Source: an uncultured Actinomycetes bacterium
GTDB taxonomy: Bacteria; Actinomycetota; Actinomycetes; S36-B12; UBA5976
Length of the DNA stretch: 45,408 bases
Direction: 5' to 3'
NCBI GenBank assembly: GCA_903907835.1
Contig: CAIVPQ010000199.1
Location: 1-45,408 of the forward strand
A program made the translations under genes and the position numbers. Below, piece after piece: positions 30,001 through 39,670 of this stretch (position 1 is its first letter; each line of letters starts with the position of its first letter). The notes beneath the pieces were generated by a model that saw only the letters and a list, made by a program, of their open reading frames with translations, searched no databases and was not told the origin of the DNA.

Positions 30001-33000
30001 GTCTTCACCTAGCTCAACAGATACTGTGCCATCGATTATTTCCGCATCATTGCAAACCCACGTGGAAGCTGTATAACCACCAGGACCGGACTCGCTCAAA
30101 GTGTAGGTACCAATCTGAACCACTCTTTGAGTACCTGGCGATACCTGCGAGATAGCGGTTGGGCCACTAGCTGACAAGGTCCAGTCTGAAGCAACATTCG
30201 TTGCACCAGTTGTGCCATTGTCGACCGACTTATTCAAAGTCAGCGTTGAGCTTTGTGCAGTGTTAGCGACCGTGCAAGTAATTTGCTGGCCAACTCCAAC
30301 TGTTACTACACCTTCACGAATAGGGGCATCGCCACAGTTCCAAGCTGAAGCGGTATACCCAGTTGGACCAGATTCACTGAGTGTGTAGTCGCCAACTTTA
30401 ACGATTGACTTTGTCCCAGATGTCACGTCAGGAATAGTCGTTGGCCCGTTAGCCGACAGTGACCAATCAGCAGCCACTGCAGTGGCACCCGTCTGCGCGT
30501 TATCAACAGTCTTGACCAAAGTCAGGGAAGCGCTTTGGGCAATATTTGTAATCTCGCAAGTGACCTCTTGACCCACCCCAACTGTTACAACACCATCGAT
30601 CAATGTGGCAGTGCCACAATCCCAGTCAGATGCGGTGTAACCATCTGGACCTGACTCGCTCAAGGTGTAATCGCCTACCTTAACGAATGACTTTGTACCA
30701 GAGGCAACATCAGTGACCTGCGATGGGCCACTTGCAGACAAAGACCAATCATTCGCGACATACGTAGCACCGGTTTCACCGTTGTCTACATTTTTTATAA
30801 GTGTCAAAGCAGCGGATTGAGCCGTGTTAGTGACGGAACACACTATTTTTTGACCAAGGGCTACCGATATTTTGCCATCTACAACGCTGGTATTCCCACA
30901 ATCCCAGACAGAAGCCGAGTATCCGTCAGGACCTGACTCGCTCAAGGTGTATTGCCCAATTTGGACCTGCGATTCAGTGCCGCTCAATACTGAACTGACA
31001 ATTGTTGGACCATCTGCAGACAGTGCCCAATCAGCAGGAGTATAGGTTGCACCAGATGTTCCATTGTCAACGATCTTGTTCAAGGTCAAGGTAGACATTA
31101 CTGCTGTGTTCGTAATTGAACACACAACATCCTGACCCAATTCAACCGTGACAACACCATTGACCACATTTGCATCGCCACAGGCCCAATCCGAAGATGT
31201 GAAACCTATCGGACCAGACTCAGACAAGACGTAGTCACCAATTTTTACAGTTGTCTGTGTACCCGAAGTAACCCCATCGATTGCTGTTGGACCTGCCGCT
31301 GACAGCTCCCAGTCAGCAAAAGTGAAACCTGCACCTGTGTTCCCATTATCAACGACCTTGATTAAGGTCAATGACGAATCTTTGGCGACATTTGTCACGG
31401 TACAGGTGACATCCTCACCCAAGGCAACAGTCACAACTCCTGAGGTAACGTCCGCATCACCACAATCCCACAAGGACGCTGTATAACCATCTGGGCCAGC
31501 TTCACTAAGGGAGTACTGTCCAATCTCCACTGTCGATTTTGTACCGGAAGCTACGGAACTAATCGTCGTTGGACCAGTTGCAGACAAAGTCCAATCATCA
31601 ACAGTTTGAGTGGAGCCAGTTTGTCCATTATCAACTGACTTCACCAAAGTAAGCGAAGATGCGATAGCTGTATTGGTAACCGAACAAACCACATCCTGTC
31701 CCAGCGGAATGGAAACAACATTTCCCACTAAGGTTGCACTGCCACAGTCCCACGATGAAGCGCTATAACCCGATGGGCCAGATTCACTCAATGTGTAATT
31801 ACCAATTTTTGCAGTGGACTTGGTGCCCGTTGAGACTGATGTAATTGAAGTCGGACCTGTTGCTGAAAGTGACCATTCAGCGGCGGAATGTGTTGCGCCA
31901 GTGGTCCCGTTCACTACAACTTTCTCGAGAGTTAGCGATGGAGCAATTGCAGTATTCGTGATGGTACACACGATGTCCTGACCTAGTTCAACTGTCACTA
32001 CTCCGCCAACGACATTTGCACTGCCACAATTCCAAGCAGATGCCGAGAATCCACTTGGGCCAGATTCACTCAATGTGTATGCGCCACTGGCCACAAAAGT
32101 CTTCGTTCCAGGACTCACATCTGACACGGCAGTTGGGCCAGCTGCTGAAAGCGACCAGTCGGTTGCTACCTGATCTGCACCAGTATCACCATTGATAACT
32201 ACCTTGTTCAAAGTCAAAGAAGGAAGCACTGCCATGTTTGTGATTGTGCAGGTGACATCTTCGCCGGCAACGATGACAACTACATTGCTTTCAGGTCGGC
32301 CAGTGACTGGATCTTGTCCAGTACATACCCACGTACCTTCAACGGTGTAGCCATTCCACTGTGCGCTTTCCGACATGGAGTAAGAACCAGGAATAACCGT
32401 ATGGGTCACACCTGTTGCTGAATCCACAATCTGTGAGCCAGTTGAACCACCATCGGCCGACAGTGTCCAATCAGCTGAAGTCTTTGTTCCACCTGTGTTT
32501 CCATTGTTGACAGACTTCACCAATGTCAAAGTTGCGCGCTTAGGCGTGGTGTGGGTTGTCGTGCAATCAGCAAGAACTTCACACGAACCTGAATCACCTG
32601 GGGTGACAACATTCTTGATGATTGCATCATATGCATCAGATTTGACTGTCACGGTGTAACTAATGGTCTTGGTCTGACCAGCAGTCAGATTTCCAATTGC
32701 CCAGGTCAAAGTTGATCCCACCTTGGTAAGGCCAGTCGGTAAAACTCCTAGAGTTGCATCATCGAGTACATCGCTAATGTCATCGGTTGCTTGTGCTCCC
32801 AATACAAGTACATCGGTTGGGTTAGATGCGCTGAGCGTATAGGTTATTGAATCGCCAACATTGACCGTTGTGCCTGTCGTTGGCGAGGATGACTTACTTA
32901 ACTTCCATTGACCTGGCTTTTGCTTGTTGGTGAACAAGCAGGACATCGGAACATCTGGAGCACCAATGAATGTTGCCGTTGTCCCATTCATTGTTGTTTC

Positions 33001-34653
33001 AACCGAAACGCCAGCAACCGAGCATTGCGCACTTACAAATGTGTACTGCGAGTTCAGATCTTCAGTAACGGAGACTGTGGGCGTTTGGCCTGCTGGGACA
33101 CTGACGGCCGCACCAGCAAAACCATTTTGATCATTAACTTGCGCAGTAGTTGAACTAGGGTCAATCGTGCTCCCAGCCGAGATTGAGTTAGTGAAATTCC
33201 AACCATTTGTCAGTGCGGAATTTGGCAACAGCGTGCCAGTTGGATCTTGTATAACCTTTTGAATCGTCAACTGGTTGTTGCAGCTACCAGCAGCTAAATC
33301 CTGAAGAATCTGACCGAAAGATGCAGAGCTAGCTAGGTAGTAATCCTGATTCAAGGTTGCACCTGAAACAGCACGTAAGTTTTCAGTTGACCCACTCAGG
33401 CCGATACCAACACCAATGAGTGTTGAGCCACCAGATTTAATCTCATTAGCTGAAAAAATACCTTGATCAACATACTGAAAATAGGTGGAGTTGCCGACCC
33501 CGGCATTATTTCCATACGTTGTGGGAGCCCCGTCAGTAAGAAATATCACAAGGTCAAATCCCGCAGGGACCTGGTGTAATCCGGCATCCCAGTTGGTTGA
33601 ACCACTCGGCGTACCCAAATTATCAATGAAAGTGTGCAGTGGGGTTGCTGATGCGAGCGACACTGTGGACGTACTAGCAACAGAAGCGCCAACGACTGAA
33701 GAAAATGTGTAAATGGCGAGACTTGATGGAGTGCCAGTTAGCGCTGTAATAGTGTCATCCGCAGCCAACTTTAGTGCCGTCTGTTTACTACCAGACATTG
33801 ATCCTGATTGATCCAGAACAAGTGCAACATCAAGTCCGCACTTTTGGGACATGGCTGGATTATTGAGGGAAGCTGATAAGAGGCCGCTGAAGTTGTTGTT
33901 TCCTGGGTGTCTGATGTCCGAGTAGGTGCTATTTGGGTTAGCGCCAGGAACGTCGATGTTGGAAGTAACAATTCCAGTGCGGAATTCGTATGTTTCGGCA
34001 GTCAAAGTTGAAGAGCCGCCAAAATCTAAACTCGGGTTGGCGTAGTAACCACTTGGAACTGCGGATTGTGAAATATTCCAAGCAAAGCCAGATGGCACCT
34101 CAATCTCGCAGGTTCCAGTTCCACCAGTTGTTGTGCAAGTAAATGGCCCGCCAGTTGGACTGCCCGAAACAGGTGTTGCAGTAAAGATTGCTCCATTCGG
34201 CATCGCAGATACTGTGGTTGCACCAGTTCGCACTCCACCCGCGTGAACAGTAATTATGGCTGGACCTGAGTAGGTGAATGTACATGTGGCATTTCTACCC
34301 GACTGATTAGGAAAAGTTACAGTCTGAGCGGCTAAATCAAAGGTCACGTTTGAATTTCCTGTACAAACGAATGACTGCGAATAACCTGACGGCCCACCAG
34401 TAGATGTAACTGAATATGTTGCATTTCTAGCAACGCTCTTGGAATCACCTGAAGTGAATGTGTATGAGTCACCATTGTGCGTTGCCCCAAGCGCCCAATC
34501 AGCGGGGGTGGCAGTGCCACCATTAACGACATTGACAAGTGTCAAGGTTGAACAGTTTGATACACAAATAGGATCTACTGCAGCATAAGCCGGCACAGCT
34601 ACCTGGCCTGACATCAGTACTGCAAAAATACTCGCGATACTAATGCGTGCCAT
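27028..34653 (-). CDS. Giant cell-wall-anchored fibrillar adhesin-like protein (~2541 aa from ATG 34653)
   Basis: The signal peptide is MARISIASIFAVLMSGQVAVPAYA. The head holds SpaA/CnaB-like domains and a VWA domain with a DQSGS MIDAS motif. The stalk holds a DUF11-like domain, 13 tandem CnaB/SpaA-like repeats and three more DUF11-like domains. The protein ends in an unassigned ~150-aa domain and LAFTG + TM + RRRR. The start is uncertain: the frame is open up to 34764, with another ATG at 34740. Confidence 0.85.
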   Translation of the reverse strand: MARISIASIFAVLMSGQVAVPAYAAVDPICVSNCSTLTLVNVVNGGTATPADWALGATHNGDSYTFTSGDSKSVARNATYSVTSTGGPSGYSQSFVCTGNSNVTFDLAAQTVTFPNQSGRNATCTFTYSGPAIITVHAGGVRTGATTVSAMPNGAIFTATPVSGSPTGGPFTCTTTGGTGTCEIEVPSGFAWNISQSAVPSGYYANPSLDFGGSSTLTAETYEFRTGIVTSNIDVPGANPNSTYSDIRHPGNNNFSGLLSASLNNPAMSQKCGLDVALVLDQSGSMSGSKQTALKLAADDTITALTGTPSSLAIYTFSSVVGASVASTSTVSLASATPLHTFIDNLGTPSGSTNWDAGLHQVPAGFDLVIFLTDGAPTTYGNNAGVGNSTYFQYVDQGIFSANEIKSGGSTLIGVGIGLSGSTENLRAVSGATLNQDYYLASSASFGQILQDLAAGSCNNQLTIQKVIQDPTGTLLPNSALTNGWNFTNSISAGSTIDPSSTTAQVNDQNGFAGAAVSVPAGQTPTVSVTEDLNSQYTFVSAQCSVAGVSVETTMNGTTATFIGAPDVPMSCLFTNKQKPGQWKLSKSSSPTTGTTVNVGDSITYTLSASNPTDVLVLGAQATDDISDVLDDATLGVLPTGLTKVGSTLTWAIGNLTAGQTKTISYTVTVKSDAYDAIIKNVVTPGDSGSCEVLADCTTTHTTPKRATLTLVKSVNNGNTGGTKTSADWTLSADGGSTGSQIVDSATGVTHTVIPGSYSMSESAQWNGYTVEGTWVCTGQDPVTGRPESNVVVIVAGEDVTCTITNMAVLPSLTLNKVVINGDTGADQVATDWSLSAAGPTAVSDVSPGTKTFVASGAYTLSESGPSGFSASAWNCGSANVVGGVVTVELGQDIVCTITNTAIAPSLTLEKVVVNGTTGATHSAAEWSLSATGPTSITSVSTGTKSTAKIGNYTLSESGPSGYSASSWDCGSATLVGNVVSIPLGQDVVCSVTNTAIASSLTLVKSVDNGQTGSTQTVDDWTLSATGPTTISSVASGTKSTVEIGQYSLSEAGPDGYTASLWDCGDADVTSGVVTVALGEDVTCTVTNVAKDSSLTLIKVVDNGNTGAGFTFADWELSAAGPTAIDGVTSGTQTTVKIGDYVLSESGPIGFTSSDWACGDANVVNGVVTVELGQDVVCSITNTAVMSTLTLNKIVDNGTSGATYTPADWALSADGPTIVSSVLSGTESQVQIGQYTLSESGPDGYSASVWDCGNTSVVDGKISVALGQKIVCSVTNTAQSAALTLIKNVDNGETGATYVANDWSLSASGPSQVTDVASGTKSFVKVGDYTLSESGPDGYTASDWDCGTATLIDGVVTVGVGQEVTCEITNIAQSASLTLVKTVDNAQTGATAVAADWSLSANGPTTIPDVTSGTKSIVKVGDYTLSESGPTGYTASAWNCGDAPIREGVVTVGVGQQITCTVANTAQSSTLTLNKSVDNGTTGATNVASDWTLSASGPTAISQVSPGTQRVVQIGTYTLSESGPGGYTASTWVCNDAEIIDGTVSVELGEDIICTVTNTAVAPTLTLNKVVDNGQTGATHTASDWKLSASGPTAINQVASGTKTTVQVGTYSLSESGLDGYTASDWDCGNAAVVEGSVLVPVGQDISCTITNTAETSSLTLNKVVVNGDTGATHVSTDWSLSADGPTNVSGVLTGTKTTVQVGSYTLSELGASGYASSVWDCGSASVTSGVVVVGVGQDISCTITNTATTPLLTLKKIVDNGDTGAAGTPADWLLSASGPTAIEEVASGAVNPVKIGDYALSESGPDGYTASAWDCGEAEMQGDVVSMSLGDDVTCTVTNTAIAPTLTLNKSVENGETGATFTATDWSLSASGPTNITGVTSGTKSTVQVGSYTLSESGPDGYTASQWDCGDVPVVGNVVNVAPGQDVSCEIINTAIPATWTVNKTSDPATGSPVNPGEKITYTVTLTRTSGAMPTDVVVTDDLSSVLNHAAFGTIQVDSGEASLTETTLTWNAGAVSSSATLTYDVTVSEGAYGVTLSNVVTPPTGGSCVESCETENFTPHFLISKTSDPGNGVVLEPNQVVTYTMTARNDSQATVIGATAIDDMSQVLDKAALTLPLAQGLTMEPDGVTMTWAIPTLAPGQSTSVNYVITIDADAAGLDLINLVTPGDGGDCEISDEEVTPPELSPETGCDNSHYINAMDLTIIKKHTVPTGNSAVNGKSTSPITYELTVTNSGKLAGFDDALDVVVTDDIEDALEIDFDSIVAPDWDTSASTLGLFTAKYIGNSGILAPGASSTIVFTAVITRPIDFSEVTIPSLINIACVSTSGIEVSTENNCSQDSTPIEAVALDPEATCRNNILTMDYSIPLYGNPASPGSPITVALIWWTPGGYRDQDIDIDAMDTAALLANGALRVDYVTTPAGWKQGQLIEGFFYWPGVSFTSDGTILAYPGRYKSSDGRWVLNPSAPFYSIHSKAVVEVRITTSTTRVPVPITADPGCYPRAGQLAFTGVDGSHWQLISVIFSGLAIVGYLANRRRRIYEY
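27031..27141 (-). other. Cell-wall sorting signal LAFTG, hydrophobic segment and RRRR tail
   Basis: LAFTG is encoded at 27127-27141 and is followed by VDGSHWQLISVIFSGLAIVGYLANRRRRIYEY and the stop. Confidence 0.85.
28834..32532 (-). repeat. 13 tandem in-frame coding repeats (one divergent 105-aa copy plus 12 copies of exactly 94 aa / 282 nt)
   Basis: Consensus LTLxKxVxNGxTGATxxxxDWxLSAxGPTxIxxVxSGTKxxVxxGxYxLSESGPxGYxASxWDCGxAxVxxGVVxVxxGQDxxCxITNTA. Copy 2 starts at 32217 and copy 13 ends at 28834, which is 3384 nt = 12 x 282 with no indels. The copies have diverged at the DNA level; I saw no long identical stretches. Confidence 0.9.
33280..33840 (-). other. von Willebrand factor A domain with MIDAS motif inside the adhesin
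   Basis: CGLDVALVLDQSGSMSGSKQTALKLAADD..., with DxSxS encoded at 33799-13. The later LTDGAPT motif is typical of VWA domains. Confidence 0.75.
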
Positions 34654-34807
34654 TCGTTGAGATTTTCGGATTTGCTTGTGCAATTTATGCTGTGGGGCTC
34701 GTAGAGCAGATTGTTTTTTCCAGGCGCCATATATGTTCATGTGGTTGACGTTAAAACACAACAATCACAGACGACTCACGCGATTCTCACGGAAAACTCA
34801 CATTAGT

Positions 34808-34843
34808 CTCAGTTCATCAGGTGCTGATGCTTACGAAACTGAG
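34808..34843 (-). other. Nested hairpin between the nadR-like stop and the adhesin gene
   Basis: The outer stem is CTCAGTT/AACTGAG (34808-14 / 34837-43) and the inner stem is CATCAG/CTGATG (34815-20 / 34824-29). There is no U-tract, so its function is unclear. Confidence 0.3.
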
Positions 34844-34858
34844 AAACGAAAAATTGAA

Positions 34859-35932
34859 TTATTGGGCGATGTGGAAATCAAACGCTTGGGCGATAGCAAC
34901 ATCAATTGCAGCCAAGGCCAACTCGACCCGAGTTTCAACACTGCCATCCAAAGCTGCCCATGCTCGGCCTGTGCTGATTAATTCGTCCTCAAATTCTTCA
35001 GTCATACTCTCTCGCAAGTTTTCGCTATCGCGAATCTTGTCTTGAACGAATGGCACACCCTCTGGCTGAGTCACAAAATAAATGCGATTCTGTGAATTTG
35101 CCGGCATTGGCAAACTTGTTTTGGCGCCTAGATATCGACGTTCCCAGATCAAAGTCGCAAATACATCAGTGTCACAGCACACAACCGGTCCCCCAGTTCT
35201 GGCTGCCACATCTTCAAGCTGTTGTTGGACTACGGCGATTTCAACAAAGTCAGTGGGAGTCCATGGCACAGCATATTCAGAAAGGCCCATTGCTTCGGCT
35301 TGTTCCTTTTTGCGCATAGTCAGATCTCGACCATATTCACGAATCCAATTGGTCTGGCGAAAATTGGCTCCGCGAGCTATTAAAGCTGCTTGCACTGCAA
35401 GAGTCGTTGTTGTCGTGCCAGTTGATTCAGCACCAACAAATACCGCACGAATTGAAAGTAGTTCGCGAGAACCTGGACCTAATAAATGCCAGTTGCCAAC
35501 TAGGTCAGCGCGAATCTGAGTTGATGACACCGGTACCTGAGTGCGATCTATGTCAAAACTGAAATGATGAAGGCCAAGCATGTTCGCGAATGACTCACCA
35601 TTTGCCTCTGATGTAACTAGCATGTCAACAGGCGGAGTGTGGCGTAGATGAGCCTGAATCACTCGAGCGTTTGATTGTGCGACTGCTGGATTCTCTGGTT
35701 CATACGGCGTTGATTCGTAACCATGCACAATCGTCATGTTCGATTCAGTTACACCCTCAGCAATGCAGTCCTGAGCTAAGGCTTTTGCGCGATCTGGAGC
35801 GCTCACTCGATCATGTGGTTGAGCCAAGACAATAACAACAACATGGTCACGCTTTTCAATGGCAGCCTTAATTAGTTTCACATGACCCATGTGAGGTGGA
35901 TTAAATGTCCCAGTAATTAATGCAGCAGGCAT
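34859..35932 (-). CDS. NadR-like bifunctional NMN adenylyltransferase / ribosylnicotinamide-kinase-like protein (no HTH)
   Basis: The N-terminal nucleotidyltransferase motifs GTFNPPHMGH and VSSTQIR are present. The C-terminal P-loop domain reads GAESTGTTTT, with Thr where the Walker A Lys is expected. Confidence 0.7.
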   Translation of the reverse strand: MPAALITGTFNPPHMGHVKLIKAAIEKRDHVVVIVLAQPHDRVSAPDRAKALAQDCIAEGVTESNMTIVHGYESTPYEPENPAVAQSNARVIQAHLRHTPPVDMLVTSEANGESFANMLGLHHFSFDIDRTQVPVSSTQIRADLVGNWHLLGPGSRELLSIRAVFVGAESTGTTTTTLAVQAALIARGANFRQTNWIREYGRDLTMRKKEQAEAMGLSEYAVPWTPTDFVEIAVVQQQLEDVAARTGGPVVCCDTDVFATLIWERRYLGAKTSLPMPANSQNRIYFVTQPEGVPFVQDKIRDSENLRESMTEEFEDELISTGRAWAALDGSVETRVELALAAIDVAIAQAFDFHIAQ

Positions 35933-35987
35933 ATAGCGAGCCTATCTTGGGTTAGGCATAGCCCCAATTCGCGATTTTTGGTCCTCT

Positions 35988-36029
35988 ACAAAAACAACTG
36001 GCCTGTACCTTTTGGGGACAGGCCAGTTG
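35988..36029 (-). terminator. Intrinsic terminator of the ilvBNC operon
   Basis: A 12-bp stem, CAACTGGCCTGT (35995-36006) with ACAGGCCAGTTG (36018-36029), is followed on the minus strand by TTTTTG. Confidence 0.8.
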
Positions 36030-36042
36030 AGTAATTGTGAAA

Positions 36043-37080
<1,038 letters not shown>

Positions 37081-37134
37081 TTATTTCAATTGGTTGGTTA
37101 AGTCTGTCAGAACTTGCTTTAGGTTAACTAATCG

Positions 37135-37659
37135 CTATGCGGTTCGATCGGCGCTGCGCAGCGAATGATCACCCATAGCCCGGGAACCACGGGCTAATGC
37201 AACCACACCTGATTGCACAATTTCCTTGATTCCATGGGGTTGTAGCACTTCAAGAAGCGCTTCCAACTTTTCGCGAGAGCCAGTAGCTTCAACAGTTACC
37301 GCATCATTTGCCACATCGACAACTTTGGCGCGGAACAGTTCCACTACCTGTAAAACGGCAGCGCGTGAACTTTCGTCCGCGCGGACTTTTATCAGCATTA
37401 ACTCACGAGCAACAACAGACTCGTCATCAAATTCAACAATCTTGAGTACGTTGATTAATTTATTGAGCTGCTTTGTAATTTGCTCTAGAGCATGCTCATC
37501 GACATCAATAACGATGGTCATCCGGGAATGACCATCGGTTTCAGTGGTGCCAACAGCAAGCGATTCAATGTTGTAGCCGCGACGGGCAAATAGGGCCGAG
37601 ATGCGAGCAAGGACACCCGGTTGATCTTGCACTAAAACAGACAATGTGTGACGAGGCAT
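37135..37659 (-). CDS. ilvN: Acetolactate synthase small (regulatory) subunit
   Basis: MPRHTLSVLVQDQPGVLARISALFARRGYNIESL is an ACT domain. ATG 37659 lies 2 nt after the ilvB stop; the track start at 37683 is rejected. Confidence 0.9.
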   Translation of the reverse strand: MPRHTLSVLVQDQPGVLARISALFARRGYNIESLAVGTTETDGHSRMTIVIDVDEHALEQITKQLNKLINVLKIVEFDDESVVARELMLIKVRADESSRAAVLQVVELFRAKVVDVANDAVTVEATGSREKLEALLEVLQPHGIKEIVQSGVVALARGSRAMGDHSLRSADRTA

Positions 37660-37661
37660 AA

Positions 37662-39407
37662 TTAGTCTTCCTCCCGCTCCCATTTTGGCGCCAGATCGCG
37701 CGCGAAACTTATTTCATCGTTTCCTGTTCCAGCGGCAACCATTGGCCAAACCATGGCATCACGATGTACTTGGAAATCAACTACAACTGGCACGTCATTT
37801 GTTGAAAGCGCCTTCTCGATCGTCTTATCAACATCTTCAGGACGGTCACAACGCAAACCAAGGCAACCATAAGCATCGGCTAACTTAACGAAGTCAGGGA
37901 AAGTATGCGAGTGCAAATCTGTGTTGCTGTAACGCTCGTTGTAGAACAAAGTTTGCCATTGACGAACCATTCCCAGTGATGAGTTATTGATTAGCGCAAC
38001 CTTGATTGGGATGTTGTTGATTGTGCAGGTGGCTAGCTCTTGATTTGTCATCTGGAAGCAACCATCGCCATCAATCGCCCAAACAGTCTTGTCGGGGCAA
38101 CCAACTTTGGCACCCATAGCGGCTGGAACTGAGTAACCCATCGTGCCTAAGCCACCGCTATTTAACCAAGTGTTTGGATTTTCATACCCAACAAATTGTG
38201 CAGCCCACATCTGGTGTTGGCCTACGCCTGATGCATAAATGGAATCTGGACCAGAGATCTTTCCAAGCCGTTCGATTACATACTGCGGAGATAGCGTGCC
38301 ATCCGTTGGTATGTCGTAACCCAATGGATAAGTTTCGCGCCAGTGGTTTAGCGTGCGCCACCAATCAGTTAAATCCTCGCGGTTATGCGCATCAAACTCA
38401 GCAGTAACAGCAGGGATTAACTGGATTAATGCTTCGCGAACATCAGCCACGATTGGTATATCGGCTATGCGATTCTTGCCAATTTCTGCCGGATCAATAT
38501 CAATGTGGATGACCTTGGCTTTTTGCGCGAAACTATCCAAACGCCCAGTAACACGATCATCAAAGCGGGCACCCAATGTTATTAACAAGTCACTTTGCTG
38601 AAGAGCGCCTACTGCACCAACAGTTCCATGCATACCAGGCATACCCATGTGCAAAGTGTGACTATCAGGAAAAGCACCGCGCGCCATCAAAGTGGTAACA
38701 ACTGGAATTCCAGTCAGTTCGGCTAACTGGCGCAGTTCTTTGGAAGCGCGTGCGCGAATAACACCACCACCAACGTAAAGAACTGGGCGCTTAGCCTCAA
38801 CAATCATGCGCGCTGCTTCTTTAATTTGGCGACCATGCGGCTTTGTTGTCGGCTTGTAACCGGGCAAGTCAATCGTGTCTGGCCAAACAAATTCTGAACG
38901 CGCTTGCAAGGCGTCTTTCGTGATGTCAACAAGAACTGGACCAGGACGGCCTGTACTTGCTAAGTGAAAAGCTTCTTTAATTGCGCGCGGGATGTCGGCC
39001 GGATCGCGCACTAGGTAATTGTGTTTGGTAATTGGCATCGTGATTCCACGAATATCTGCTTCTTGGAACGCGTCAGTACCAATGGCCGGACCAGGGACTT
39101 GTCCAGTAATTGCAACCATAGGAACTGAATCCATGTGTGCATCAGCAATGGGAGTAACTAAGTTGGTAGCACCAGGACCACTCGTTGCCATACAAACGCC
39201 AACGCGTCCAGTAGCGGCTGCGTAACCCTCAGCAGCATGCCCAGCGCCTTGTTCATGGCGCACCAAAATGTGGCGGACTGATTTGGAATCCATCAAGGGA
39301 TCGTATGCGGGAAGGATTGCACCGCCAGGAATGCCGAATACAACTTCAACATTCGCATTTTCTAATGAGCGAACCAAACTTTCGGCGCCCGTAATTTTCT
39401 CAGCCAT
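37662..39407 (-). CDS. ilvB: Acetolactate synthase large subunit
   Basis: ThDP-enzyme motifs [17 protein letters not shown] and [13 protein letters not shown]. Confidence 0.92.
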   Translation of the reverse strand: MAEKITGAESLVRSLENANVEVVFGIPGGAILPAYDPLMDSKSVRHILVRHEQGAGHAAEGYAAATGRVGVCMATSGPGATNLVTPIADAHMDSVPMVAITGQVPGPAIGTDAFQEADIRGITMPITKHNYLVRDPADIPRAIKEAFHLASTGRPGPVLVDITKDALQARSEFVWPDTIDLPGYKPTTKPHGRQIKEAARMIVEAKRPVLYVGGGVIRARASKELRQLAELTGIPVVTTLMARGAFPDSHTLHMGMPGMHGTVGAVGALQQSDLLITLGARFDDRVTGRLDSFAQKAKVIHIDIDPAEIGKNRIADIPIVADVREALIQLIPAVTAEFDAHNREDLTDWWRTLNHWRETYPLGYDIPTDGTLSPQYVIERLGKISGPDSIYASGVGQHQMWAAQFVGYENPNTWLNSGGLGTMGYSVPAAMGAKVGCPDKTVWAIDGDGCFQMTNQELATCTINNIPIKVALINNSSLGMVRQWQTLFYNERYSNTDLHSHTFPDFVKLADAYGCLGLRCDRPEDVDKTIEKALSTNDVPVVVDFQVHRDAMVWPMVAAGTGNDEISFARDLAPKWEREED

Positions 39408-39670
39408 GGCTGTTTCTCCGTTTCTATCGAAGGATCGCTTCGATTATTGCTCCTAATCGCGGTTGGTCTTGGATGACATCACCCCTGCGCCGACTTTTCG
39501 ACTTGTAACAAGAGCTGCTCGCGGATTGCTTGTAGCGCACCGTTTGCGTCATCACCAACGATCAAGGTATTGAGTGTTCCTAATCTATGGCAACTTTGCC
39601 CAATAAGTCATATTCGCGAGCTAAATTATGCGCAATTACGCTTTTTCTGACTTACTTGTAAAGTTGCCTG

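Noticed and set aside
28834-32532. A strong 282-nt periodicity that could be mistaken for a CRISPR array or satellite repeat.
   Set aside because: The period is a multiple of three and lies in frame inside one long ORF. There are no unique spacers, and the copies are diverged protein-domain repeats.
39408-39670. I searched the 263-bp ilvB upstream region for an Ile/Val/Leu-rich leader peptide and attenuator like that of the Corynebacterium ilvBNC operon.
   Set aside because: I found only a 42-codon ORF without an RBS (39552 down to 39424, ending ...GAIIEAILR). A 7-bp hairpin (39426-39444) lies next to the ilvB RBS. There is no run of regulatory codons and no terminator-like stem, so this is not convincing enough to call.
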